Shown here: positions 36,343-45,536 of the stretch, in pieces
Layout: each line of letters begins with the position of its first letter
How positions within the stretch are numbered: position 1 is the stretch's first letter
Origin: Candidatus Methylacidiphilales bacterium
GTDB taxonomy: Bacteria > Verrucomicrobiota > Verrucomicrobiia > Methylacidiphilales > JAAUTS01
DNA: 64,000 nt
NCBI GenBank assembly: GCA_028713655.1
Contig: JAQTNW010000001.1
Span: 68,465-132,464, forward strand
Direction: 5' to 3'
Notes under the pieces: generated by a model
Told to the model about the DNA's origin: nothing
Seen by the model: the letters and a program-made list of their open reading frames with translations, nothing else
Database searches by the model: none
Translations under genes and position numbers: made by a program

Positions 36343-39300
36343 ATGACACGCACTGAACTACGCGAAAAACTCCGCCAAAAATTTTCCTCGGAAACGTGGA
36401 AGGATATTCTGCCCCGGCTATTTCCCGGCACGGCCTTCTTTCAAGCTCCGCAGGAAGTCATTGCAGATGGAGAAGTGGCTAAAAGTATCCGTCAAACGGG
36501 ATTCCTCCCGCTGGCCGATGACAGTCGCTTGGGATTATTTGAAGTGGAGATAGCCAGCGAACACACGGTCATTGCCCGCAATCGCGTTGGCCTTCGTGCA
36601 CTTGTAGCCAAGCTGGTAGATCAGGCCGCCATTCACGGGGCCTTGGTGCTGTTTTATCGCCCCAGCAGCCAGGAATACCGACTTTCCTTCATCACAAAGC
36701 AATCAAGTTTTACCGTAGACGGGAAACTTCAGACAACCGAGACGGCCCCCAAGCGTTACACCTATGTCCTTGGCCCAGAGGAGCCCTGTACAACGGCCAC
36801 CCAACGCTTGGGTGAATTGCTGGAACGGGATGCCCGTCCCACTTTGGATTCGGTCACCCAAGCTTTCTCGGTCGCACGTGTAACCCGTGAATTTTACAAA
36901 GCCATTGAACAACATCATGCCGATCTAAAAGAGCACTTGGAAAAGATCAAGCGCATCAAAGGGTTTGAAGAACCGCGTATTCGCGCTCAGTTTGCCACCC
37001 GTCTTCTGGGACGATTAGTATTCCTCCGATTTTTGGCCAAGAAAGGCATTGTCCCCATTGCCCTGTTCGATCCAGAGAATGAACGGGACGTCACTTTTTA
37101 TCAGAAAACTCTTGGGGCTCTTTTCTTTCAGACCTTAAACAAGCCAAAGGAAGACCGTCCGGCCAACTTGCCACCGGAGTTTTCCAAGGTTCCTTATCTC
37201 AATGGCGGTTTGTTTGAACCGCATGACCCCCATGACGGTTGGCCCAATCCTTCGTTTTATATTCCCCCGGAGTGGTTCAAGAATCTGTTTGAAACCTTCC
37301 AAGCATACAACTTCACCGTCGATGAAAACTCGCTTCAGGATGTCGAAATCGCCGTTGACCCGGAAATGTTGGGGCAAATCTTTGAAAATTTGCTTGCCAC
37401 AGTCAACACTGAGACAGGCCAGAGCGCCCGTGATGCACACGGCACGTTTTATACTCCGCGTGAAGTAGTAGATTATCTTTGTCGCCAAGGTGTACGCCTC
37501 AGGCTTCAGAACCTGTTCCCTGAAGTAAAAGAAGACCAGTGGGAAGCATTGTTTGCGCAATCTTCTGGAACCGCCTTGGCGGAGTTCTCCGTGGACAAAG
37601 GAAGACTGCTTGACTCCCTGGACAAACTAAAAATCTTTGACCCTGCGGTTGGCTCCGGGGCTTTCCCCATAGGTATTCTGCACGTTCTGGCGGAACTTTA
37701 CGAAAAACTGGATGACCACTTTGACGCCTACAAAATTAAACTGAGGATCATTAAAAATAACCTCTACGGAGCGGACATTGAACCAATGGCAATTGAATTG
37801 GCAAAGCTCCGCTGCTGGCTGTCGCTTATGGTTGAATCCGACAGAATAAAAGTCCTGCCCTTGCCCAATTTGGATCTCAAATTTTTCTGCCTAAATACTT
37901 TATTTGATCCGCCGCCTTTGGATCGGGAAGATCTATTCTTACGGGATGGATTGATTGAACTGTACGATTTAGAACAGGATTTCTTCGGCTGCAACGCCAA
38001 GGAAAAGCCAGCCCGCCGTCTGGCCATTGGAAAGAAACTCGATGAGCTTTATCAAGGTGTCCGCAGCCAGTATGTCCGCACCGCTTTAAAAAAGGGAACC
38101 GAGTCCAAAAAACGAAAGAGCGCCTTGGACGCCGCCAGCCTTTATCCCGAAAACAAAACCTTGTTCCAAGACTGGCTTAATCAGGGCACTCACGCCCTGC
38201 CGTTCTTCCCGAAGGAATTGCTCTGTCCGGATGTCTTCCCGCTCCAATCCGTCACGGGCGGCACGGTTCTGAACAACCTACTTTTGGTCAACCAGATTAA
38301 GGGCCAGCAGGAGCTGGTGACCAAAAAACAACCGCCCCGCAGTGGGTTTGATGTGGTTGTGGCCAATCCTCCATATGTGAGGCAGGAAGACATCAAAGAG
38401 CTCAAGCCTCGGCTAGAACACTACGAATGCTTCAAGGGTACCGCAGATTTGTATGTCTATTTTTACGAGCGTTCTGTGCAGTTGTTGACTAGAGGTGGAT
38501 CGCTGGCCTTCATCACATCGAATAAATATTTCCGCGCGGGTTATGGCGATAAATTGCGTGGTTTTCTGGCGGAAAGGCATACCCTGCATCAGGTCATTGA
38601 TTTCGGGGATGCTCCGGTCTTCACCGCCGTTGCCTATCCCAGCATCGTGCTGCTTACGAAGGAACAGCCCGATTCCGGGGAGGTGAAAGCCATGACGTGG
38701 GAACCGGGGTCACCAGTGGAGGATTTTGCCCGCATCTTTTCGGCCCAAAGCTTCTTTATTCAACAAAATCTATTCACGGCAGAAAGCTGGAGGATTGAGC
38801 GGCCCGACGTGCTAGCCCTGCTGAAACGGCTAAAAGAATACGGTACGCCTCTGGGCGAATATATCAATCGGCGGCTCTATCGCGGCATTTTAACCGGTAT
38901 GAATGATGCATTCGTAGTGGATAGGGAAACAAGAGATGCCTTGATTGCAAAGCACCCCTCCTCAGAAGTGGTGCTGAAACCGTTTTTGCGAGGACGAGAT
39001 GTGAAACGTTGGCGCACAGAATTTGACGCTCAGTTTCTGATTAAAATCGAATCATCTGAAAATGCCACACACCCTTGGACTGGGGAGAAAGATTCGGAAG
39101 CTTGGAAGACTTTTGGTGAAATCTATCCAGCGATTAAGTGCTTTATGGAGGGCCTGGAAGACATAAAGCTTGAAGAGCCTGATAAACGCGGCTGCAAAAA
39201 TAAGTTTGAACAACTAAAAAGTCGTGACGATCAAGGGAAATATTTCTGGGAGTTGCGTTCGTGCGCCTACTGGAAAGAGTTCGAAAATCCTAAAATTATC

Positions 39301-39825
39301 ATTCCGGCAATCGAAAAAGATTGCGCATATGCTCCAGAACTTAACGGTTTTTATTCAAACGACAAAACCTCAATTTGCGTCACATCTGAAATCGACTTTT
39401 TACTAGCTCAACTAAATTCATCGGTTCTGTTTTGGCTTATCCGTAAAACGGCAGCCACAAAACAAGGCGGTTTTTATGAATTTAAGCCAATGTATGTGGA
39501 GGCTCTGCCTATTGTATCAGCCACAGAAATTCAAAAGAGATTGGTGGAACGCATTGTTTCAATTTTAATTTCGGGTGGAACAACTCCACTACTTGAATCC
39601 ATCCTAAACGCCTTGATTTACGAACTCTATTTTCCAGAGGAATTACACATTGCAAATCTTCGCTTCTTTGATCTCGTAGACAAAACTGGCTTACCAGAAG
39701 CCGGTGATGCCAAGGCCATTACTGCTTTCACACAAGTCATGACCGACCCAAACCACGTTCTACGCCGCGCCCTATTTACTTTGGGTTCATTGCCAATTGT
39801 CCGTCTGATTGAATCGAAACAATGA
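36343..39825 (+). CDS. large gamma-class N6-adenine DNA methyltransferase (Eco57I/PglX-like)
   Basis: 1160 aa. SAM motif I IFDPAVGSGAFPIG, NNLYGADIEPMAIELAKLR, catalytic motif IV VVANPPYVRQEDI, and a long C-terminal region (putative target recognition). Starts 5 nt after the helicase stop. Confidence 0.85.
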   Translation: MTRTELREKLRQKFSSETWKDILPRLFPGTAFFQAPQEVIADGEVAKSIRQTGFLPLADDSRLGLFEVEIASEHTVIARNRVGLRALVAKLVDQAAIHGALVLFYRPSSQEYRLSFITKQSSFTVDGKLQTTETAPKRYTYVLGPEEPCTTATQRLGELLERDARPTLDSVTQAFSVARVTREFYKAIEQHHADLKEHLEKIKRIKGFEEPRIRAQFATRLLGRLVFLRFLAKKGIVPIALFDPENERDVTFYQKTLGALFFQTLNKPKEDRPANLPPEFSKVPYLNGGLFEPHDPHDGWPNPSFYIPPEWFKNLFETFQAYNFTVDENSLQDVEIAVDPEMLGQIFENLLATVNTETGQSARDAHGTFYTPREVVDYLCRQGVRLRLQNLFPEVKEDQWEALFAQSSGTALAEFSVDKGRLLDSLDKLKIFDPAVGSGAFPIGILHVLAELYEKLDDHFDAYKIKLRIIKNNLYGADIEPMAIELAKLRCWLSLMVESDRIKVLPLPNLDLKFFCLNTLFDPPPLDREDLFLRDGLIELYDLEQDFFGCNAKEKPARRLAIGKKLDELYQGVRSQYVRTALKKGTESKKRKSALDAASLYPENKTLFQDWLNQGTHALPFFPKELLCPDVFPLQSVTGGTVLNNLLLVNQIKGQQELVTKKQPPRSGFDVVVANPPYVRQEDIKELKPRLEHYECFKGTADLYVYFYERSVQLLTRGGSLAFITSNKYFRAGYGDKLRGFLAERHTLHQVIDFGDAPVFTAVAYPSIVLLTKEQPDSGEVKAMTWEPGSPVEDFARIFSAQSFFIQQNLFTAESWRIERPDVLALLKRLKEYGTPLGEYINRRLYRGILTGMNDAFVVDRETRDALIAKHPSSEVVLKPFLRGRDVKRWRTEFDAQFLIKIESSENATHPWTGEKDSEAWKTFGEIYPAIKCFMEGLEDIKLEEPDKRGCKNKFEQLKSRDDQGKYFWELRSCAYWKEFENPKIIIPAIEKDCAYAPELNGFYSNDKTSICVTSEIDFLLAQLNSSVLFWLIRKTAATKQGGFYEFKPMYVEALPIVSATEIQKRLVERIVSILISGGTTPLLESILNALIYELYFPEELHIANLRFFDLVDKTGLPEAGDAKAITAFTQVMTDPNHVLRRALFTLGSLPIVRLIESKQ

Positions 39826-41489
39826 AAATCCAGAAGATCATTCTGAACAACTTTCGTGGGTTTCCCGGTCCACTGGATTACGAATTTAAACTAAATGGAA
39901 ATAATCTGCTTTTATTCGGAGAAAATGGGAGCGGTAAATCCAGTCTTTATCGTGCTCTGGTTGAGTTGTTTCAGCCGGATAATCTACTTACAAAATCAGG
40001 TGCTAAAAAACCATTTTCTTCGTTTCGCAATGCCTTTGCCAGAGACAATAACAACCAACTGCTGGCCACGGGAAAAGTCAGAATTGAATTTGATCGACCT
40101 GAACTGACTGCGGAATGGTCAGAGACTCAAGAGCGTTCACCGCACATGCAGGATGCTCCAACAGAGTTAAATCTGACAGCAAGAAGTATTGGCTGCCTCG
40201 ACTACCGAGCCATGCTTGAAACTAACTTCGTTCATCGCCATGGCAGGGTTAATTTGTTCTCGCTAATCGTGGAGCATCTCCTTGCTCACATACCTATTTC
40301 AAGCCACAGGAAAAGTGATGAAACTTTGGGAATTGCTTGGAAGCGTGTGCTTGCAGTCAAGCCTTCCAGTCATCGCGGAAGCCGTTGGAGAAACCGAGTT
40401 AAAAATGCGGAGGCCTTTTGGAACAACACTTTGCCTCCATTGTTAGGTTTATTGACTGATGAAGTTAACAAGCTTTTAGGTGACTTCAAAGCCACCGGAC
40501 TAACCGTCAAACTCACTCCAGGCACATTAAAATACAGCGAAACCGCCAGAAAATTTTACGGGATGGATGTGTGGCTAGATGCAACTCTGAACACTGAAAC
40601 TCCGGAGGAACCACAACACTTCTTGAATGAAGCTCGTCTTTCAGCCCTTGCTTTATCCTTGTTTTTGGCAGGGTACAAAATGAGCATCCATGAGCCTAGT
40701 CCCGGAGAAATAGAAAGTGCGCGAGTACTTGTTCTGGATGATGTATTAATTGGATTAGATATGGATAATCGAGTTCCTGTTTTAGACATCTTGCGCAATT
40801 TATTCGCTACCTGGCAGATATTACTGTTAACACATGATCGGCCTTGGTTTGAGATCGCTAAACAGCGATTACGTCCAGGAGGAAACTGGCAGGCATTTGA
40901 GGCCTATTCTCGACGTGTAGGAGACCATGAACAACCCATAGTTTTGGACGACTCCGATTTACTTCTTAGGGCGCTTGAATATTTTGAAGTTGGCCATGTT
41001 AAGTCTGCAGCAGTTTATGCTAGAGAACAGTTTGAAGTCACACTTAAATGGGCCTGTGAAACTTTCGCCATTCCTGTTCGCTTCCGTACATCTTTTCGTG
41101 ATGTAAAAGCAAACGATTTGTGGACAGCTTTGAAGGACGCGCAAAGAAAGATTCCTTTGCCTGCCGAGTATTGCACTATTGCCGCTGGCAAAACCATTAG
41201 ACTGCCAGTTAAATCCCAGAGTGTTCGGATCATTCCTGAAAAATTGGTTGAAAGAGTTGGATACGCACTGAGTTGGGTGTTAAATCCCCTTAGCCATTCC
41301 GAGCCTGTTAGCCGTTATAGTCGAGAGATTGAAGATGCCATTTTCGCAGTGGACGAACTTGATCGAACAGTGCGTCAATCCGCGCTTGATGCTCACAACG
41401 AACTCATTCTACAACGCAGATTTCTTGTTGGTTTGTTAAAAAGAAAGCCAGTATCATCTGAAGTCGAAAACCCAGTAGACTTGGCTTGA
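39822..41489 (+). CDS. SMC/ABC-like (RecF/RecN-type) ATPase with a ~200-aa unknown C-terminal helical domain
   Basis: 555 aa. N-terminus IILNNFRGF, Walker A GENGSGKSS, signature-like NEARLSALALSLFLA, Walker B VLVLDDVLIGLD, and LLLTHD. ATGA start/stop overlap with the methyltransferase gene. Confidence 0.75.
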   Translation: MKIQKIILNNFRGFPGPLDYEFKLNGNNLLLFGENGSGKSSLYRALVELFQPDNLLTKSGAKKPFSSFRNAFARDNNNQLLATGKVRIEFDRPELTAEWSETQERSPHMQDAPTELNLTARSIGCLDYRAMLETNFVHRHGRVNLFSLIVEHLLAHIPISSHRKSDETLGIAWKRVLAVKPSSHRGSRWRNRVKNAEAFWNNTLPPLLGLLTDEVNKLLGDFKATGLTVKLTPGTLKYSETARKFYGMDVWLDATLNTETPEEPQHFLNEARLSALALSLFLAGYKMSIHEPSPGEIESARVLVLDDVLIGLDMDNRVPVLDILRNLFATWQILLLTHDRPWFEIAKQRLRPGGNWQAFEAYSRRVGDHEQPIVLDDSDLLLRALEYFEVGHVKSAAVYAREQFEVTLKWACETFAIPVRFRTSFRDVKANDLWTALKDAQRKIPLPAEYCTIAAGKTIRLPVKSQSVRIIPEKLVERVGYALSWVLNPLSHSEPVSRYSREIEDAIFAVDELDRTVRQSALDAHNELILQRRFLVGLLKRKPVSSEVENPVDLA

Positions 41490-41523
41490 GCAATAGAACG
41501 CAATCAGTCAAAATAGACCCTTA

Positions 41524-41997
41524 ATGCCAGTTCAGTTTACAGACAGTGAAATCCAAGCGCTTCTTCTTGAGGGAAAGCCGCTGCCTGCTGACTACGCACT
41601 CAGGGTTGTGACCAAAGCCAAGCGCGGACATCGAGAGCGGGAATTGGCCGTAGAGGGTGAGGCAGGCAGTGATTTTGTCCTAAAGTTGCGCCAATCCTCC
41701 ATTAACCCACTGGATTTTTCCGTGATTTTGTGTGTTGTTCCCAAAGGGAAAAATGAGGAATTTCGCCTAAGACGGCATAACGGAAAAAGTCACGAACACA
41801 CGAATAAATTGGAGCGGGTCAAGATGTATGATTACCACATACACATGGCCACAGAACGTTATCAGCGAACAGGTTGGGAAGAGGACTCTTACGCTGAACC
41901 TACGAACCGATATCAGGACTTTCAAGGAGCCTTGCAGTCTATGCTGCAAGATGCCAACTTTATCCTGCCAGCTAATGCTCAGATTGAGCTCATTTGA
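41524..41997 (+). CDS. hypothetical protein (157 aa, His-rich core)
   Basis: ORF with segment FRLRRHNGKSHEHTNKLERVKMYDYHIHMATERYQ. No family recognised. Lies 34 nt after the ATPase gene. Confidence 0.55.
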   Translation: MPVQFTDSEIQALLLEGKPLPADYALRVVTKAKRGHRERELAVEGEAGSDFVLKLRQSSINPLDFSVILCVVPKGKNEEFRLRRHNGKSHEHTNKLERVKMYDYHIHMATERYQRTGWEEDSYAEPTNRYQDFQGALQSMLQDANFILPANAQIELI

Positions 41998-42007
41998 TTA
42001 AACTGCG

Positions 42008-42784
42008 ATGACAACAGACACAATCATACAAGACTTTAAACGCAAAGTATGCGAGGAAGTGCGCGTAGAACCGGAGGGCATGAATCGCTACCGGGTTTTT
42101 ACCCCCTTCATGTTCCAAGACGGTGATCATCTGGCTGTGGTTTTGCGCCATGAAGATGGCAAGTGGATTCTTGCCGATGAAGGCCATACTTACATGCATT
42201 TGACCTACGAGATTGACGAAGCATCCCTTCAAAAAGGAACGCGTCAGCAAATTATTAGCAATGCCCTGGATGCTTTCCAAGTAGAAGATAAGGACGGAGA
42301 ACTCCTAATGCGGATTGAGAAAGATCGCTACGGTGATGCTCTGTTTAGTTTTGTCCAGGCATTGATCAAAATATCTGATGTTACCTACCTTTCACGGGAA
42401 CGAGTACGGTCAACTTTCATGGAGGATTTTGAAGGCTTTATGACGCAGACAATTCCGGCCAGCCGAAGAGCTTTCAACTGGCACGATCCTCAAAATGACT
42501 CTGAAGGTAAATATCTGGTCGATTGTAAACTTAATGGTATGGAAAAACCGATTTACATATTTGCATTGCCAAATGACGACAAGGTAAGGGATTCAACTAT
42601 TTCATTGCTTAACTTTGAGCGGTGGGGACACAAGTTCCGCTCGCTGGCCATTTTTGAAGAGCAGGAGTCAATCAACCGCAAGGTTTTGTCCCGATTTAGT
42701 GATGTTTGCGAAAAACAATATTCCAGCCTTGGAGCTAACAAAGAGCGCATCTCTAAATTCTTGGGTGAAGCCCTCGCTGCATGA
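42008..42784 (+). CDS. DUF1828/DUF1829-like two-domain hypothetical protein
   Basis: 258 aa. N-terminal pattern (RYRVFTPFMFQDGDHLAVVL..EDGKWILADEGHT) recalls DUF1828 and the C-terminal half recalls DUF1829. This rests on memory only and needs an HMM check. Confidence 0.5.
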   Translation: MTTDTIIQDFKRKVCEEVRVEPEGMNRYRVFTPFMFQDGDHLAVVLRHEDGKWILADEGHTYMHLTYEIDEASLQKGTRQQIISNALDAFQVEDKDGELLMRIEKDRYGDALFSFVQALIKISDVTYLSRERVRSTFMEDFEGFMTQTIPASRRAFNWHDPQNDSEGKYLVDCKLNGMEKPIYIFALPNDDKVRDSTISLLNFERWGHKFRSLAIFEEQESINRKVLSRFSDVCEKQYSSLGANKERISKFLGEALAA

Positions 42785-42817
42785 TTGCTTTTGCAGCAAA
42801 GCCTGAACTAAGAAAGT

Positions 42818-43852
42818 ATGGCATTAATAACAAATAAAAACGGGCAATTTTTCCGCTCTGTTGTTTGGGAAAGTGAGAAGGATTTTGAAGGTCACATTGG
42901 CCAATTGGCGGACCGTCTTTTTGGTGAAACGTCGATTTATATTTCCATCAAACGGAAAGTCAGTAAGGGCGATATTAGCTGCATCCCGGATGCCTACGTT
43001 CTGGACTTGGCTGACCCCATTTCACCAAAACTTTACGTAATAGAAATCGAAATCCATTCACACGATTTGTATAAACACATTACTGAGCAACTCATCCGAT
43101 TCGCAGTCAGTTTTTCAAAAGACCAGTTGCCAGTACGCAGATTTTTAGGAGTTCACGTTTTCAATGACTCGGCTTTCCGAAAGAAATTGTTATGCGCTCA
43201 GAAGCAATCCAAAGCAGAAAACTTGGATGCTTACCTCGACCTGGCCGTCCTTAATCAGCCCTTCAACGGCCTTGTTGTCATCGACAACAGGACGGAGGAC
43301 TTGGACAACGTTTGTAAAGTATTCGCGAAACCGATTAGCGTTCTTGAGGTGCAGGCCTTCAAAAGCGATAAGGGCGAAATGCTTTATGAAATTGAAACCC
43401 TATACGGGGAAGAAGAGGACATTAATTTTGCCGCATCAGGTTCAAAGGGCACAGTAAACAAAAACTCCAAAAAAGCTGAGTTACATCGGCAACGACGTTT
43501 GACCTGTGACACCCTGGTTGTGCCTGCGCGGCCAGAAGGCTTTAAAGACACTTTTTTAGGCAGAAATCGTTGGTGGGCGGTTCGTATTAGTCCCGGTATG
43601 CTGGATCGCATCAAATATCTAGCGGCCTATCAAGTGCGCCCCATTAGTGCAGTCACACATATTGCGGAAGTGCAGCAAATCCGCCCATACGGAAACGAGG
43701 GTAAATATGAACTTGTGTTTTCCGGCCCAGCTAAAAAGATCAAACAAATCAGGCTAAAGAAATCAACTAAAGCACCCTACGGCCCCGTTTATGTTCGTAG
43801 GACCGACCTGCTCAAGGCTCGTTCCTTTGAAGATGCGCTACGTGCCCATTAA
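42818..43852 (+). CDS. hypothetical protein with an N-terminal restriction-endonuclease-like (PD-(D/E)xK-like) region and a conserved-looking C-terminal domain
   Basis: 344 aa. WESEKDFE ... IPDAYVLDL ... LYVIEIEIHSH resembles an E/D...ExK nuclease core, but Glu occupies the usual Lys position. C-terminal RWWAVRISPGMLDRIKYLAAYQVRPISAVTHIAEVQQIRPY..GKYELVF is of unknown fold. Confidence 0.5.
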   Translation: MALITNKNGQFFRSVVWESEKDFEGHIGQLADRLFGETSIYISIKRKVSKGDISCIPDAYVLDLADPISPKLYVIEIEIHSHDLYKHITEQLIRFAVSFSKDQLPVRRFLGVHVFNDSAFRKKLLCAQKQSKAENLDAYLDLAVLNQPFNGLVVIDNRTEDLDNVCKVFAKPISVLEVQAFKSDKGEMLYEIETLYGEEEDINFAASGSKGTVNKNSKKAELHRQRRLTCDTLVVPARPEGFKDTFLGRNRWWAVRISPGMLDRIKYLAAYQVRPISAVTHIAEVQQIRPYGNEGKYELVFSGPAKKIKQIRLKKSTKAPYGPVYVRRTDLLKARSFEDALRAH

Positions 43853-43854
43853 GG

Positions 43855-45120
43855 TCAGAGGCTTGGCCCGGAGATGTCTCTGGTTTTGGCTACGGGACGT
43901 TTGACTGTGATATCTAAGGTTAGTTCTCCAACTGCGAGCTCAAATCTTCCAATCTTTCGCACAAGATGCTCACAACAGATGTCAACTGCTGCACTGAGGC
44001 CGCCAAGGCCGCTTGCTCCTGCTGCTGCAACTGCTTGCGCTCGGAACAGGCCTGCAAGGCTGCGGACAAGAGTTTGAACTGCTCGGCCAAACCAGTTACT
44101 TGTCCTTGATGCGAAGCTTCCAGACTCTCCAAGGATTGTTGAAAATGGGTTAGTATTTCGCTCGGTTTCATAAGTCGGTTTCTGTTGTTGGGTTGGTAAA
44201 AAAGTCGGTGGACTCTGCGGAGGAGTTATGGAAATTTCAGCGGAAGTTTTAGGTAGGTCTTTTTGATGCCTTAGTTGCCGTTTTTTTTCAGCTCGGATTG
44301 CCATTTCATGACGAGCTGACTGGCGGATTGCCCGCCGTTCTTTCTCAACTTTGAGCCGTTCCATTGCCTCCTCTAATTCCTGCCTTTTGGTAATAGAGGG
44401 CTGTGTATTTTGATTACATATTTCGGTGCAAAAATCAGCTCTGTAATATGCTCCACGAAGGCCCGTGAACTTTTCGTCAGAGTGTTTTTTTATTTTTAAA
44501 TATTCAGCCGGAAGTTTGCCCTTTTTACTGCGCTTAATTTCATAGCCTTGGGCTTCCAAATAGAGCACAACATCATCCCGTTTGGTAATCGTTCCGGCGG
44601 CAATTTCATGCTGAATAAGTGCGTCAATTTCACTGATAAAATCCTTACTGGCTTTTGCAATCCGTAACGGAATGGATGTCATTTTTTTGCGGCTTGGATC
44701 GTCGGGCCGGGTGTAACCTTCCCGCAAATTTATGGTGTCTCTCAGTGCGTTCATTAAACGCCGGTCACGTGCGTCCAGATAAATTGTCAATTGCCTTCCT
44801 GATAATAGATTTATTTGGGGCATCAAAAAATGAAGCTCTGTCCGGCCTTTGTCGGTATGCCTAACCCAAAGCTTGTTTATCGCATTGCTAGGAAGACCAG
44901 AAGAAATTGCCTCTTCAAATTCTTCAATATGCTGGGTGACTTTTTCAGGCGTTATCGCCTCATTGAATGATAAACACCCCGAGCAAAAACGTTGTGAAAA
45001 ATCCAAAGTCGAGATCAGTTCTTCAGTTATAACTGGATCACCACGAAGCACCATCGCCGTAGGATTTCTGACGAGGTAAGCCACATTTGCACGCTCGCCA
45101 CCAAAAAAACTGATTACCAT
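43855..45120 (-). CDS. relaxase/mobilization nuclease domain protein (MobA/VirD2-type)
   Basis: 421 aa. The N-terminal ~200 aa carries the histidine-triad-like WVRHTDKGRTELHFLMP and is followed by a Q/A-rich tail. Preceded by a MobC-like gene. Confidence 0.7.
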   Translation of the reverse strand: MVISFFGGERANVAYLVRNPTAMVLRGDPVITEELISTLDFSQRFCSGCLSFNEAITPEKVTQHIEEFEEAISSGLPSNAINKLWVRHTDKGRTELHFLMPQINLLSGRQLTIYLDARDRRLMNALRDTINLREGYTRPDDPSRKKMTSIPLRIAKASKDFISEIDALIQHEIAAGTITKRDDVVLYLEAQGYEIKRSKKGKLPAEYLKIKKHSDEKFTGLRGAYYRADFCTEICNQNTQPSITKRQELEEAMERLKVEKERRAIRQSARHEMAIRAEKKRQLRHQKDLPKTSAEISITPPQSPPTFLPTQQQKPTYETERNTNPFSTILGESGSFASRTSNWFGRAVQTLVRSLAGLFRAQAVAAAGASGLGGLSAAVDICCEHLVRKIGRFELAVGELTLDITVKRPVAKTRDISGPSL

Positions 45121-45536
45121 AGTTCACCCTCTAACTTGTTCAGGATTGCCAGCAGTGCCGCTTGTAATTTTACGCAGTAGATAGCTGAAATTGATGGGTG
45201 TTCATTCACGGCTCGGGAAATGCTTTGTAGTTGGCTCAAAATCTGTGCCTTCCAAAGTATTTCAGTGGAATCAATCGGTGCGTTGGGCATGCCCTCTGGT
45301 TGCTTTGTGCCAAGCAATAGTGCCCGCACCAACGCGGGAACTTTCCGGCGCTGGTAACGTGCAAAGATGGCGGCTTCTTCCGCGTCATTCAGTCTGACGC
45401 GGAGCCATCGGTTACGCTTTTCCTGGGGGTTCATGGGGGCTTTATGCAGGGGTTCCAAGGGGGCGGAACGCCCCCTTGGCGAGGTAGGCGTGAGCACTCC
45501 AAGTGATACACGCCTAACCTCGCCGTAGTTATTCAT
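45114..45536 (-). CDS. MobC-like relaxosome accessory protein (ribbon-helix-helix)
   Basis: RWLRVRLNDAEEAAIFARYQR is typical of MobC/RHH mobilization proteins. The start is either the ATG at 45536 (ATGA overlap with the upstream stop) or the ATG at 45434. Confidence 0.65.
   Translation of the reverse strand: MNNYGEVRRVSLGVLTPTSPRGRSAPLEPLHKAPMNPQEKRNRWLRVRLNDAEEAAIFARYQRRKVPALVRALLLGTKQPEGMPNAPIDSTEILWKAQILSQLQSISRAVNEHPSISAIYCVKLQAALLAILNKLEGELW
45455..45523. other. two adjacent inverted repeats, candidate oriT
   Basis: ccaagggggcg-gaa-cgcccccttgg (45455-45479) and cgaggtaggcgtg ... cacgcctaacctcg (45480-45492 / 45509-45523), located at the 5' end of or just upstream of mobC. Confidence 0.35.
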
